The position numbers were made by a program, and so were the translations under genes. This document shows, one piece after another, positions 39,600-52,311 of a DNA stretch of 64,000 nucleotides. Positions within the stretch are counted from its first letter, which is position 1. The number at the start of each line of letters is the position of its first letter. The stretch comes from Octopus sinensis (Eukaryota), in NCBI RefSeq assembly GCF_006345805.1, contig NC_042999.1, positions 68,200,001 through 68,264,000 on the forward strand, in the 5' to 3' direction. The notes below the pieces were generated by a model that did no database searches, was not told where the DNA came from, and saw nothing but the letters and a program-made list of their open reading frames with translations.

Positions 39600-40972
39600 G
39601 TGCCCCACGTATGAAAACTAAGTTCCCTCAAACTATGATGGCCTTTGGATGTGTTTCCAGTGAGGTTGACGTCATACTGTCTCACATCTTTGAGCAGGGC
39701 CTTAGGCTCAATTCAGACGGCTATGTGTAGCTGTTGGAGACTGGTCAAACCTGGCTGCAGGATCCTTGCCATACCTCCAGAAAGAGTCAGAAGTCGTTTT
39801 TGGAGAATTCTCACGACTTCACCAGCTCCATTTTCTAGCCTCTTAATTCACCTGGGTTACTAATTATGGGGCGCGGTTGAGAAAGACGCCAACCGCTCTG
39901 CATGCAACAACCACTCCGAAACCGATACTAGCCGCTCTATCCACAATACCAAGGCCGAACTGGTGGCCAAGGTCAAGGAGATGTTCGAATATCTTCTCAG
40001 GGACACAGTAAGGGACACATGCGCCAGATTTTGAAGCCGTCTTGAGGCTGTGGTGGAAACTGAGGGTGGTTACTTTGGTCAAACTGTTATCTCCTAGTCA
40101 TAACCAAGTTGGGCAATCTTTCGTTTGTAGTAGCACGTTTCCGTCGATGATTTCCGTAAAAAACTTTTATTTTTTTACATATGGGTTTGCGGTAACATTT
40201 GAAGTAATGAGAGCGAAAGAGACTAAGAGAAAGCGATTTTATGACGAGGGAATTTTTTTTTGAAGTAATGAAAGCATTGATGTACATGTGTGTGTGTGTG
40301 TTTGATGGGGTGTAGGAGACAGACAGTATGTTGTGTAAGTGAAGTGCTTCTGTTAGTATGTGTGAAAGAAAGAGATAACTGAAATTTTTTACTCGGTGTA
40401 TGTGTGTATGTATGTATGCATGTATGTGTGTATGTATGTATGTATGTGTATGTATCTATGTATGTGTGTATGTATGTATGTATGGCCGATTCAGTGTACA
40501 CTGAATCGGCCATACATACATACACATACATGCATACATACATATACACATACACCGAGTAAAAAATTTCAGTTATCTCTCTCTTTCACACATTACTCTC
40601 TCTGTCTCTTCACACACACTAACAGAAGCACTTCACTTACACAACATACTGTCTGTCTCCCACACCCCATCAAACACACACACACACACACATGTACATC
40701 AATGCTTCGGTAATTTCAAAAAAATTCCCTCGTCATAAAATCGCTTTCTCTTAGTCTCTTTCGCTCTTACTTCAAATGTTCCCGCAAACCCATATGTAAA
40801 AAAATAAAAGTTTTTTACGGAAATCATCGACGGAAACGTGCTACTACAAACGAAAGATCGCCCCAAGTTGCTACCTTTGATTTTTTTTTTTCAAATACTT
40901 CAATTTTTGGATGGGATATGTTTTCCTTTCATTCTATGCAACCAATCAAATTTAGCCGAATACCCTGTGTAA
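39600..40972 (+). mobile_element. Tc1/mariner transposase remnant (pseudogenised), interrupted by the foldback element
   Basis: Broken frames HIFEQGLRLNSDGYV*, WGAVEKDANRSACN and TKAELVAKVKEMFEYLLRDTVRDTCARF*SRLEAVVETEGGYF, typical of the Tc1/mariner C-terminus. Confidence 0.75.
40112..40862. mobile_element. 751-bp foldback MITE-like element, zero spacer, 8-bp TSD (Merlin- or hAT-like)
   Basis: Termini GGCAATCTTTCG and CGAAAGATCGCC. TSD ccaagttg at 40104-40111 and 40863-40870. Symmetry centre between 40497 and 40498. Confidence 0.85.
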
Positions 40973-42000
40973 TACTACTGGGCACTGCTTAACTATAGAG
41001 GTCCCGATGCATCTACGTAACGATATGTTTTTACAGTACACACTCATTAGGGTTAGTGTCATTACACGTCCACACAGTCGGGACGGGACCTGTTTGGTGC
41101 GTCAAGAATCGCTCGATTTTATTTCATAATTTTGTCTTCTACAGTACCAATTTTGTCTCGGTTTTCAACATTAGATTTCTCTCGTTCAGATCTTTTAAAC
41201 AAAACTCTAATTTCTGTCTAAACATATGACTAGTCAAAGTGTTACTCCCGTTCCAATTTGATTACATTTTACCTCATGTGTCTTTTTTTCTTGCTGCATC
41301 AAATATGACAAGATTTAGAAAATTAAATTCCTTTTATTGAGATATTGCAATACATATAAGTCTAACTAAAATAACCCTTTCTATTATAGGCATAAAGCCT
41401 GAAATTTTGGGAAGTGGTTAGTCAATTAATTGACCCCAGTGCTCAACAGGTACTTTATTTCATTGACCCCGAAAGGATGAAAGGTGAAGTCGACCTCGTC
41501 GGCATTTGAACTTAGAACCTAAAAACAGTGAAATCCCACAAAGCATTGTGTTCAGCATGCTAAATAAATTCTGCTAGCTCGCCGTCTTAAGCCTAATTAA
41601 AATAAATACACAGACTATATTACTTAGTTGCCGCAATGCGTAACTCTTCTGTTTTTTTTTAAACACATATTTTGGCGCTATCATAACTTTTGTTTTTTAC
41701 TCAACCAATTTTCGAATACAATATCACAATATGGCGGATTACTGGTCCTTTTCAATGAACTTTAATCGCAATGAATCTGGTCAAGTATGAGATCAGTTTG
41801 AGTGTATAGAAATGGTAAAAAATAAATGTTGACGTAAAATACATCATTCTTTATAACTCTGATCCGAATTAGTGTTTATTGATCCTGATTTCATTGAAGC
41901 ATAGCTAAAACGTTTTGCGATACCCACCACCACCATTAAAACAGCAACGAAAAGTAATAACCCTGGGGTCCGAGAGAGATAAGATTATTTTTAATCAAGG

Positions 42001-42221
42001 AAAGGCGACGAGCTGGCACGCCGGGCGAAATGCGTAGCCATATTCCGTCTGTCGTTACGTTCCGAGTTCAAATTCCGCCGAGGTCGACTTTGCTTTTCAT
42101 CCTTTCGGGGTCGATAAATTAAGTACCAGTTACGCACTGGGCCAATGTAATCGACTTAATCCCCTTGTCTGTCCTTGTTTGTCCCCTCTGTGTTTAGCCC
42201 CTTGTGGGTAGTAAAGAAATA
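42001..42221 (+). mobile_element. SINE family A (aggcggcgagctggc head), near-intact representative
   Basis: B-box-like gagttcaaattcc. 15-bp TSD tatttttaatcaagg at 41986-42000 and 42222-42236. Other copies at about 6645-7245 (three in tandem), 18766-18985, 26615-26805, 35830-36020, 41400-41590, 50965-51425, 56625-56840 and 59736-59965. Confidence 0.85.
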
Positions 42222-43517
42222 TATTTTTAATCAAGGGCCGACATTGAAGCTGTACTGGAAGTGTTGTTGATGGTTCATACAAAACAAATGAAGGGCTTGC
42301 GTTTCAACGAAATAAAGACGACGACAAGGTCAGAGCTGAAAAGAAGTTCATCAATACAGAATGAGCTAGGTTTTATGTCGCTGTGTCAGGAATTCTCTGA
42401 TCTCAGAATTTGTGCATCGCCTTTGTGACAAGTCTAGACACAGTTCGATAAGTTCGGTTAAGGTAACCTAAGCGTTGATCATGATGGAACAGCTGCAATT
42501 GTGAAGTCTGTCACTCGATGCATGTGTGATCTTCATACAAGAAATAAGCATTAAGTAAAGCCAAGTGTTTTCAAGTTTATCATATTATCAAATAAAGAAA
42601 TTTTCTTAATGCAAATTCTCTGATTAAGAAGATACGTTGAAGAGAAATACCTTGCATGTGAAAAGAAATACAAATTGTACAACAAAAGGAATCACTTGTC
42701 ATCTGCTTTTAGCTTTAAAAAGAAACCCGTGGAATGTGTTGAATAAATTGGATAAAAACTCAGAGTATGTTCAAGTTCTTAGTCTCAGACAACGTTCTAG
42801 AATTTCGTGACGATGTTTTGGGCTACTTTTTCTTTTAACATATCATTTAAGGGATTTCGAATAGATAATACAAACGACTTAAATTAGACGAAAAAAACTG
42901 GGAAAGACTTCCGCCCACCCCCGTTTTCTCCCAAATTTGTTTATTTTTAATTTTTTTTTAATTTTTGCTAAAAACCCCTTTTCTGATACGGAGGTTCCGA
43001 GAAATTGCCAAAAATCGGCATTGTTCATTTTTTCCCCCCATCTTTCCTCACCAAATTCTTCAATTTTGACTCCCCCCCCCCCAACGCTAACCGTAACCCT
43101 AAAACCCTAACTACAGAAATGTTTTGAAATTTTTATCCGAATCATAATGTCTGTATTTTTCTGCATATTTAGAAAATATGCTCAATAACTGGATATTTTC
43201 TGTTTTCAATTACATTTTCATGGGAGACGATGCCCTTTTCATGGATATTGAGGCGTCCAGATTTTCTCTCTGTCCTCAGGCTCTTTTAATCTTTCTCTGT
43301 GTAAGGATCTCTCTGAATTTACAGAAATACAAAACATTTACCATACGGGAAAACTCTAACATATATCGTTGCTAAATCTTATTTAAATACTAGAATCCGT
43401 GACAAAAAAAAAAAAAATCAATTACTGATCCACTTCAAGGCTTAGGTTTGACCAACACAAGATCACTAATATATCTGGGGAAGGACTGTTGCTACACACC
43501 TAAATGTCATCTTAGAC

Positions 43518-43763
43518 CAGTGATTCTCAATCAGTTTTAGGCTATGGATTCCTTCAATTCCTGTTTTATTCTACTAGACCCCCATGTTAAAAACAAATCC
43601 AATTGTATTTTTATGATTAAATATTATTAGGAATTGTATTAAAAAAAATAGAAATATTTTCTGTATTGTTGAAATACAACCAGTTTATTGCACATAAATT
43701 TTAACAACAAAATTTTATATGGACCTCGCCAAGGAACATATGGACCCCCACTGAGAATGATTG
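43518..43763. mobile_element. hAT (Charlie-like) MITE
   Basis: CAGTGATTCTCAA terminus, ggaccc motifs, perfect 8-bp TSD tcttagac. A related partial copy lies at about 33945-34255. Confidence 0.75.
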
Positions 43764-43849
43764 TCTTAGACCATATCCGAAAGTCTGTCATTAACACATT
43801 GCTACTGATTCTTTGGCATACTGTCTTACTTTTCCGTTTTATCGCATCT

Positions 43850-44100
43850 ACCTTGACCCTCCCCCCAACCCCTATTCCTTCCTCTGAACTAGCAAGTGAT
43901 GTAGCACCATCACCGAAGTTCATCCGATGTACTCTCATCTCTCCCTTCTTCTCATTATTCCTGCAGATCCGACTCTAAACATTTTGTTCAATCGTTCCAC
44001 CCCCAGGAGTTGACTCTCCACCCCCACCCCCCGGAGCTCTCTCCGTTCACCCAGGACCGTATTCACATTATAGGCTCCCTGGGGAATCAATAAACTGGAC
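43850..44100 (+). mobile_element. CR1/L2-like LINE 3' remnant
   Basis: SSELASDVAPSPKFIRCTLIS resembles CR1-group ORF2 ends. Similar remnants at about 20450-20760 (+) and 45960-46200 (-). Confidence 0.4.
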
Positions 44101-44859
44101 CCTATGGTATTTATTGATAGCAAGCTATTTTGCAAGCATAGATTAGAATTGGGACCCTAGATCCGTGAGGATCCCAAGCAACTGCCTCGTGCGTATCAGG
44201 ACAATTACACTCACCCTCCTCATAAGACAATTCCCCCCGATGACAACTACCTTCTAGGCTAATTACCCCCTCTCCAATATATTAAGAAGTTTTTAATCAT
44301 CATCTGTCGTCCTCAGGGGTAATTGTCCATGGGGGTGGGGTAAATGTCCTAGACTCGCCCAGTGAGCCCATGCTTTAAGACGGCACTGCTGCCTCCACGT
44401 TTCTTTAATGGGAATCACCCCTGTTGTATAAAACCTCTGGCCAGACGTTCCAGCTACGATCACTCCGTTTTCACCGCTTTTGCATCTAGAATTACATTAA
44501 CTGCTTTTTCCCCCATCTCACCCCCAAACTGCAGGGCGTGATTTATGAAAAATTTATTTTAGAAGGTCGAACGACCGAAAAGTTTCTGTAGTTGGCTCAT
44601 TCCCCATTCCAAGTTATCACGGGTTTACCCAATTATAGTTGACCTGAGGTCAGTCAGCAAAACAATCAGCTCTTTAACACAGGCCTTCGATCATAACCAT
44701 TGTATTCTCTGCTGCGTCGGTTTACACTCGTTAGTAACTGCAATTAAGTGGTCGAAATACATAAATGAGTTGAAAGAAAAAAAAACAAAGTTTATAATGC
44801 AATCTCTTAATGCTTAGCTTTAAAGAGAGTAGCTTTTAGTGTCATAATTTTATATACAA

Positions 44860-45100
44860 CTACTATGTTAGGAGACATGAAACGGACAGCGACCCGCCTC
44901 CTTTTATTCGGCTGATGGTCCGAAAATATTAACTCGGTTATCTAAAAATACATCTACGCATGAAATAGGAATCGATACGTCGTATTTTATTCTGTTAATC
45001 TCAACTCGAACAGGAATAAAGGAATGACAGTTTTCTGTCTATATTTGTGTCTAAACATGCTCGCACCTTGGCAACACAACAACAATTTCTCTTCTCAAAG
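44860..45100 (+). promoter_or_regulatory. Candidate DZANK1 promoter and non-coding first exon
   Basis: Last CpG-retaining stretch before the CpG-depleted gene body. GC-box-like cccgcctcc, X-box-like cgcaccttggcaac at 45062-45075, donor AAG|GTGTGT at 45101. Confidence 0.3.
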
Positions 45101-47359
45101 GTGTGTTTATTTATTTATTCATCCACACATTCTACATCTCCACAGTAACCGTCGGATCTTCGTTTACACCGAGGAAAAGATACAGAAAAAATTAACGTTT
45201 GTATACATTAGTTACTCCCTTATGTGTTGTTGCTATTATTTTTAATACAAAAATATCTATATTTAAATCCTTATGTAATGTCTTTATTTTTATTTAAGAC
45301 GATAAGGTACGATATAGTTGTTATTTCTAGCAGACAGGGTGACCACTAGAGGCTCTCTTTTGGGCTACTCGTCAACCTTCAAGGAAAATAAACGTTAGCT
45401 TATTAATCCTATGTATTCCTGAAAAGACGGACTGGTCACAAGAATGCTTTTGCTCATCGATCTGTTTGGCCTGGGTTGATACTGAACTATACATTATATT
45501 TATGTCTTTTTCTGAGGATACGTATTTTTATTTCCATCCCGATGTGACCCTTACTTTTAAAAGTTATCCGCTATGTCTTCGTAATGTCTTTCGAATATTT
45601 GTCCTTGTGGCAAATAAACCTTTCTTATCGTTATTCGTATTATTATTTCTATAATTTTCCCCGTGTAGTTTTTCTTCGTTTTACTGTTAAATATTGTCAT
45701 TAACTAACAAATTGGGTTTTTTTTAGCCCCAGATCAGCCCTAGGATTAATAACATTCAAGCCGTGATTACCACGACTTATATTTTATTTTCAAACACTGT
45801 AATATACCTTTTCATTTTAAGACAACAGGGTTTCGATTTGAGAGTTGGCTTCTATTTCTAGCACCTCGAGAGACCATATAGGGACTCCCACATTGGGTCT
45901 TGTGATATATATATTTTTTTTTTTTGAGACCAGATGACGTTTTGTAAGATGGACGTGACGTAGTACTTAGTATGAGGTTTAGCAGGGACACGAAATGAGT
46001 AACAATAGAAGAACGCAGTTAGAAAGGAGTATCGAGTCTGAATGAAGGCGCAGTACGATCAGCTGTGAGGAGCATAGGCCAGAATAGTAGTGTTTGAGTG
46101 GGGAGAGAGGGGACAGTTTTACTATGGGCAGGAGATCGGTGAGTTAGTGAATGACACCGTCCCAATCAGATAGGAGTCCTTTTCTTGCGGCAGGTAGAGC
46201 TATGTCCCAGGATGTCCATATGTATAGTTATAGCAGTAGCAATGACCAGATCAATCCTGATTGAACAGAATGATGGTCAAAAAATATTCCAGCTATGGCC
46301 AACCTGCCTTTATCTGAAGCAGTGCATCCAGCATATTATGCAAAGTGTGTTTTATTTTATTTTAAGACAAATAAATGTGATTTTAGGTACATTTGGCTGC
46401 TATTTCTAGCATGTTGAACGACCACGTAGAGCCACTCCAACTATTTCATAGTTGGCAGAATCGTTAGAGCATTGTTCAGGATTTTTAGATTTGGGGCTCA
46501 AACCTCACCCACGTCAACTCTGCCTTGGCTTTTACCTATTCCTAAATTTCTTGCCTTGTACACAAGTTAGAAATGGTTGAGTATCAGACAAAATACCTTT
46601 TGCTTGTTTCAGGCATTAGACTGTGGCCATTCTGGAGCACCACTTTTAAGAATTTTTATTTGAATGAATTGACCTCAGTACTTTTTATTTTTGTTTTTTT
46701 TTGTTTTAAAGCTTGATGCTTATTCTATTAGTCTCTTTTGCCGAACCACTAAGTTATGAGTACATAAACACACCAACAACAGTTGTTAAACAATGGTGGG
46801 ACATAGACACACACACACACACATGATATATGTGTATAAATAGCATGGCTGCAGTCAAATGACTGAAACAAGTAAAAGAATACTATGGGATTCTTTCAGT
46901 TTCCGTCTACCAAATCTATGGCCCAAGGCTATAGTGAAAGACATTTGCCTAAGGTGCCACCCAGTGGGACAGAACTCAGAACTATGTGGTTGGGAAGCGA
47001 GCTTCTTACCACACAGCCATGCCCGTTCTTGCCTTGTGGTATTTAATCTCAGCTTATGTTCCAAGTTCAAATGTCTCCATGCATAACTTAGCCTTTCCTT
47101 CATTCTGGGATCGATAAAATGAAGTACAAGTTGAGAACTTGGGCAACTTTAATCAAATTCTTCTCAGCCAGTTTCTATCCTTTAAAGGTCAACTTTATCT
47201 TTCATCCTCTCAGGGTTTATAAAACAAGTACCAGTTGAGCATTGGGTGATTGTCATTGCCTTGCTCCTCATGACTACTTTACGTACAATCTCTTCATCAT
47301 TTTAACTTTTCCATGCTTCTATGGATGAGTTAGAACTCAATGACAGAAAAAAAAATTTA

Positions 47360-47536
47360 GGAGTGGCTGTGTGGTAAGTAGCTTGCTTACCAACCACATG
47401 GTTCTGGGTTCAGTCCCACTGCGTGGCACCTTGGGCAAGTATCTTCAACTATAGCCTCAGGCCAACCAAAGCTTTGTGAGTGGATTTGGTAGATGGAAAG
47501 TGAAAGAAGTCCGTCGTATGTATGTATGTAGATATA

Positions 47537-47575
<39 letters not shown>

Positions 47576-47755
47576 TTGTATGTCTGTGTTTGTTCCTCTG
47601 CCATCGTTTGACAACCGATGTTAGTGTCTTCACGTCCCCGTAACTTAGCAGTTCAGCAAAAGAGACCGACAGAATAAGTACTGGGGTCAATTTGTTCGAC
47701 TAAAGGTGCTGCTCCAGTATGGCCACAGTCAAATGACTGAAACGAATAAAAGAAA
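47360..47755 (+). mobile_element. SINE family B (ggagtggctgtgtggtaag head, internal TA/TG microsatellite), representative
   Basis: tRNA-like head with ggttcagtccc. Minus-strand copies at about 1-55, 5985-6375, 14245-14610, 23555-23930, 37505-37725 and 46600-47010. Confidence 0.85.
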
Positions 47756-50429
47756 AGAATAATAAAATTGAATACATGAGTGGAAATCAGACTGGTGAGT
47801 GTGTTAAATTAATAAGGCACTAAAAGAGAATGACCCTCCCCAGACAGGTTTTGATGTTATTAGACCTTCCTCAGCCAAGCATAGTCTTCACTGTTTATTT
47901 GCTGAGGTCTCGTCCAACCCATGCTAGCATGGAAAACGGACGCTAAACGATGATGATGATGTAGTGACAAGAGAAACACTAAATAAATGTACAATATTAT
48001 ACATGAGTGGGTGGGGAAAAAACTAATTTATTTTAAAATAACAAATCAGTGTATTTAATTACTCGGATTACAATGATGTTAATTATTGAACTGATATTAC
48101 TTTTTCTCTCTTCTAATTAGCTTCTTAATGCTAACTTCATTAAATATGCTAATATTTATTTTATTACACAAACACAGTGTAAGATGGCAAGCTGAGAGAA
48201 TTACTAGCATTCCAGACAAAATGCAAAGTAGTGTTTCTTCTAGTTCTATGTTCTGAATTCAAAGTACACTGAAGTCAACTTTGCCCTTCATTCTTTCAGG
48301 TTGATAAAATAGTACCGGTCAAACCCTGGGGTCTATGTAATCAATTAACTCTCTCCCACAAAATTTCAGACCTTGAACCAATAGAAAGGATACAAAGAGT
48401 ATGACTGAACAGTTTAGAGGTTTGCTTTGTTATTACAAGGTTCCAGGTTCAACACTTTATCAAAGTTTTTTACTTTAGTCTTTGAATTGACACTACACTT
48501 ATGAATGGAAACTGCATAGATAGATAATGTACAGAAGGTTGTTTGATGGGTTGTATCTAATTCAAAGGTCCGATCTCCTCTTGTCATGCTGACATTGCCC
48601 CTTAGAATTACATTAAGGCAAAACATATGCATTAAGGGTACACATGTAGCCTTAATGTTTTGTGAGTGCCTTGGGAAAAGGGAAGGCTAGGGTTGTCAAC
48701 CTTGACAACAGACGAAATAGTGGAATCCTTCAGGTTTGGTGCTCTCTTTAACACCCTTCATGCATCTCCAGGGTAGGTGCAGCTCTCCAGCTCTAAAAGG
48801 CAACTCACCTTGGAGAAGGCCTTTCCAATGTGAAACCTACCCCTGGTTGGTTGCCATAGCTGTCTTAGGCCACTGAGCTATTGTGGGTAGGTCTCCATAG
48901 TGGGATTGAAATGTATGGACTGATTCAGTTTAAAACTAATCGGCACAGACAGCAAGAAAAGCCCTGCAACATCAAAGATTGGTTTACATAGCCACTTGAG
49001 GGCATGCCATTCATTCTCATGATCTTTGGACATGAAAAAACTGCCGTCATATCGTGTGTGATATACTTAGCCACTCACACAGTAATTCAATGTATAGGTA
49101 GATTAATTGAATAAACAGCTGAAATTTCGTGGCTGGAAATTCTAAGTAGCATTACTTAACAAGATTAATCAGTCAATGCTTATCTCTAAGCAAGTAAATC
49201 TTGGTGACAACAGAATATTGTTCTCTGGGTGACGGATACCCAAACAAAACCACTGACTACAAGAAGATGTAGCAGCTGTTATGTAGTCACTCAACCTGCT
49301 AGAAACAAGTGCCAAATCTTAAATTACATTGGATAAAGTAATTCAACCAACATGCCTTAAAAGAAAATAGACCAAAGAAAAAAAAAAGATAAAATGATGG
49401 TTGTGTGGTTAAGAAGTTTGATTCCCAATGACATGTATTAGGGTTCAAACTGACTGCATAGCACCTTAGTTAAGCGTTTTTTAATATGGCCCTGGGCCAA
49501 CCAAAACCTTATGAGTAGATTTGATTGGACTGAAATTGAAAGAAGCTCATCATGTGTTTGTGAGTATGTGTATGTATGTATGTATATGTGGGTGTGCTTA
49601 TATTAGTCTCCTTATTGCTTGACAACTGGTGTTGGTTTGTTTGTGTCCCTGTAACTTAGCAGTTCAGCATACTTTAGCTCCGTTTCCATATCAACAGTCC
49701 CACTACTATTTTTTATCAGACCTTGTACTCGAACCTCTTATCTCCTAGCATAAAGCCACCTTCCTCTCTACTGGCATCCCACTCGGGCAAAAGCGACCTT
49801 AGTCTTGCTACTTCGCTTGTCCTGGCACCATTTCAAAAGCACCCAGTACTCACTGCAAAATTGGTTGACATTAAGGAAGGCATCTAGCCATAGAAACCTT
49901 GTCAAAGCAAACATAGGAGCATTCTGGATCCTGTCAAATCATTCTGTTTATACCATCTTGAGAGATGAATGTTAAAAGATAACAATAAGACTGTTAAGAT
50001 TGAACAAGTGTGAGTTGAAAGATTAACAAACGCAAGCATCCCGGTGTCATGCAAATGGCACCCTTGCCAGTGGCACATAAAAGCACCCATTACTCTCTTG
50101 GAGTGGATTATTTGTTATATTTACTTTACATGAAGTATTACAATCTTACATTCACTTTCAAGTCTTTCCCTGATTATCTCCCTTGAAAGCACACATAGTT
50201 TCCATGTAAGCTATGGCGGTGTTGCTATTTCCAAAGTTTTCTTTTCATTGCTCTGTTATTAATTTTACTTGCATCTCTATCTTAGTAGAAACTGGTGGAC
50301 AAAGAAATCAAACTACATAAACAAACCGCATCAAAACCGTTTGGAAATTAAAAATATCACCAACCTGTTCAGTAACAATAATAAAATAAATTTATCCTCG
50401 ACAATTTTTAGTTTTACCAATTTTGAATA

Positions 50430-50760
50430 TATCATCCCTGTTTAAAACCTCTTACCTACTTGACAATTGCATATCTAGCTCTGCTTTGAAGAAAGCTTTA
50501 CTTCTTGGACCCACGTTTTTTGTGCACAAAGATGTTGTTAAACCTCCATTTACAGCACTGTATGCAGTTCCTTTCCATTTTCTTTCACGCACAGATAAAT
50601 TTTTCACTTTAGACTTTAATGGTCGTAAAGACACTATATCAGTGGATAGACTAAAAAAGGCTTTCATAGAGAAAACTGTCCCTGTTCCCACAGCAGATGA
50701 CACACTCACACACACAGCATTACAAATATGGCCCACACAACCCCCTTCACATTCCATGAC
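50430..50760 (+). mobile_element. Ty3/Gypsy integrase C-terminal remnant
   Basis: FVHKDVVKPPFTALYAVPFHFLSRTDKFFTLDFNGRKDTISVDRLKKAF is a degenerate GPY/F module ending in the VDRLK motif. Confidence 0.75.
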
Positions 50761-52196
50761 TACCATTGGAATCGATCAAGTACCAAACAAGGATTCTGGA
50801 TTATTTTTCCAGTTTTTTTTTACTTAATTTTTGTGAGTACAGTCAAGTTTATTTCAGATATTCTCATTTTAAAAATCACATCCGGCTAATTGTTGAGAGG
50901 AGGTTGGTGTTGCCTTGGCGGAGGTTTGCGCTCTCTGAGTGCTCTTGTTATTATTATTATTAAGGTAGCAAGCTGGCAGAATCGTTAGTGCCCTGGATGA
51001 AATGCTTGGCAGTATTTTGCCTGTCGCTACATTCTGAGTTTAAATTCCACCGGGGTCCACTTTGCCTTTCATCCTTTTGTGGTTGATAAATTAAGTACCA
51101 CTTAAACACTGGGGTCAATGTAATCAACTCATCCCCTCCCTCAAAATTGCTTCCCTTGTGGCCAAATTTGAGACCATTATTAATATTACTATTATTATTA
51201 TTATTATTATTATTAAGGTAGTGAGGTGACAGAATCATTAACATGCTGGGTGAAATGCTTCGCAGTATTTCTTCTGTCTTCATATTCTGAGTTCAAATTC
51301 CACTGAGGCCAACTGCCTTTCATCCTTTCAGGGCTGATAAAATAAGTACCAGTTGAGTACTGGGGTCGATGTAATTGACTGTCCCCCTCCCCCAAATTTC
51401 AGGCCTTATGCCTATTGTAGAAAGGATTATCATTATTATTATTATTAACTCTTTACTGTTCAGATTATTCTATCAAACATAATGCCTATTGATTCCCATT
51501 GATTTGAATTAATATTGCATTATTTCATATCTTCAAGATCTTGATGGTGTAATTACTTGATGTAGAATAACATTGTGGGGTAGGTGTGAGAGCCTGGATC
51601 TGGTCAGTTTGAACATAAAACAGATTAGCTATTTTGGCCGGATGTGGCCAGTTTAAATACTAAAGGGTTAAAGAGCAAAGCACGTGGTGCAGTGGTTAGA
51701 GCATTGGGATCACAATCAGCGGTAGTGAGTTTGATTCCCAGACCAGGCTGTCTGTTGTTAGCATGCTGGGCAAAATTCTTACCGGCATTTCTTCCAGTTT
51801 TATGTTCCGAATTCAAATACCGCCGGGGTCAGCTTTGTCTTTGATCCTTTTGGGGGTTGATGAAATAAATAACAGTCAGATAGTGAGGGAAGGGTTGATG
51901 GAATTGACAACCATCACAATTTCAGGCTTTGTGCCTATAGTAGAATGCATAGCTGTTAATTGTGTATTTCAAATATTGCATTTTTTCCTCAAAACCTCCA
52001 AGCAACAAAGATGTTGTTGGTATTCTTGGATTATTGTCCACAAGAACAAGAAATATTTCTGAAAGAGTCTAATGAGTATTAACACAATGGGAAGACAGTT
52101 TCAAACAAGAATCACATCAAGAATGCTTCAGCTGTGACTTCCATTAGAACTACATAAAATAATGTGAATCTTCATATTTCTTTCCAGGAATGAAAA

Positions 52197-52311
52197 ATGC
52201 CAAGTGCTGGAGGCGTGTGCCCTCCAATAATTACACCTTTACATAACCGGCCTACAACAAACTCAACAACAACCAAAATTAATATATCTACTTTGATTCA
52301 GTTAAGTTCAG
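52197..52311 (+). CDS. DZANK1: DZANK1-like coding exon 1 (MPSAGGVCPPIITPLHNRPTTNSTTTKINISTLIQLSS-E)
   Basis: Acceptor tttccag ends at 52187. ATG in aaaaATG context. Resembles the vertebrate DZANK1 start as I recall it (MTAGSVCVPQIIPL). Donor GTGAGT, phase 1. Confidence 0.85.
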
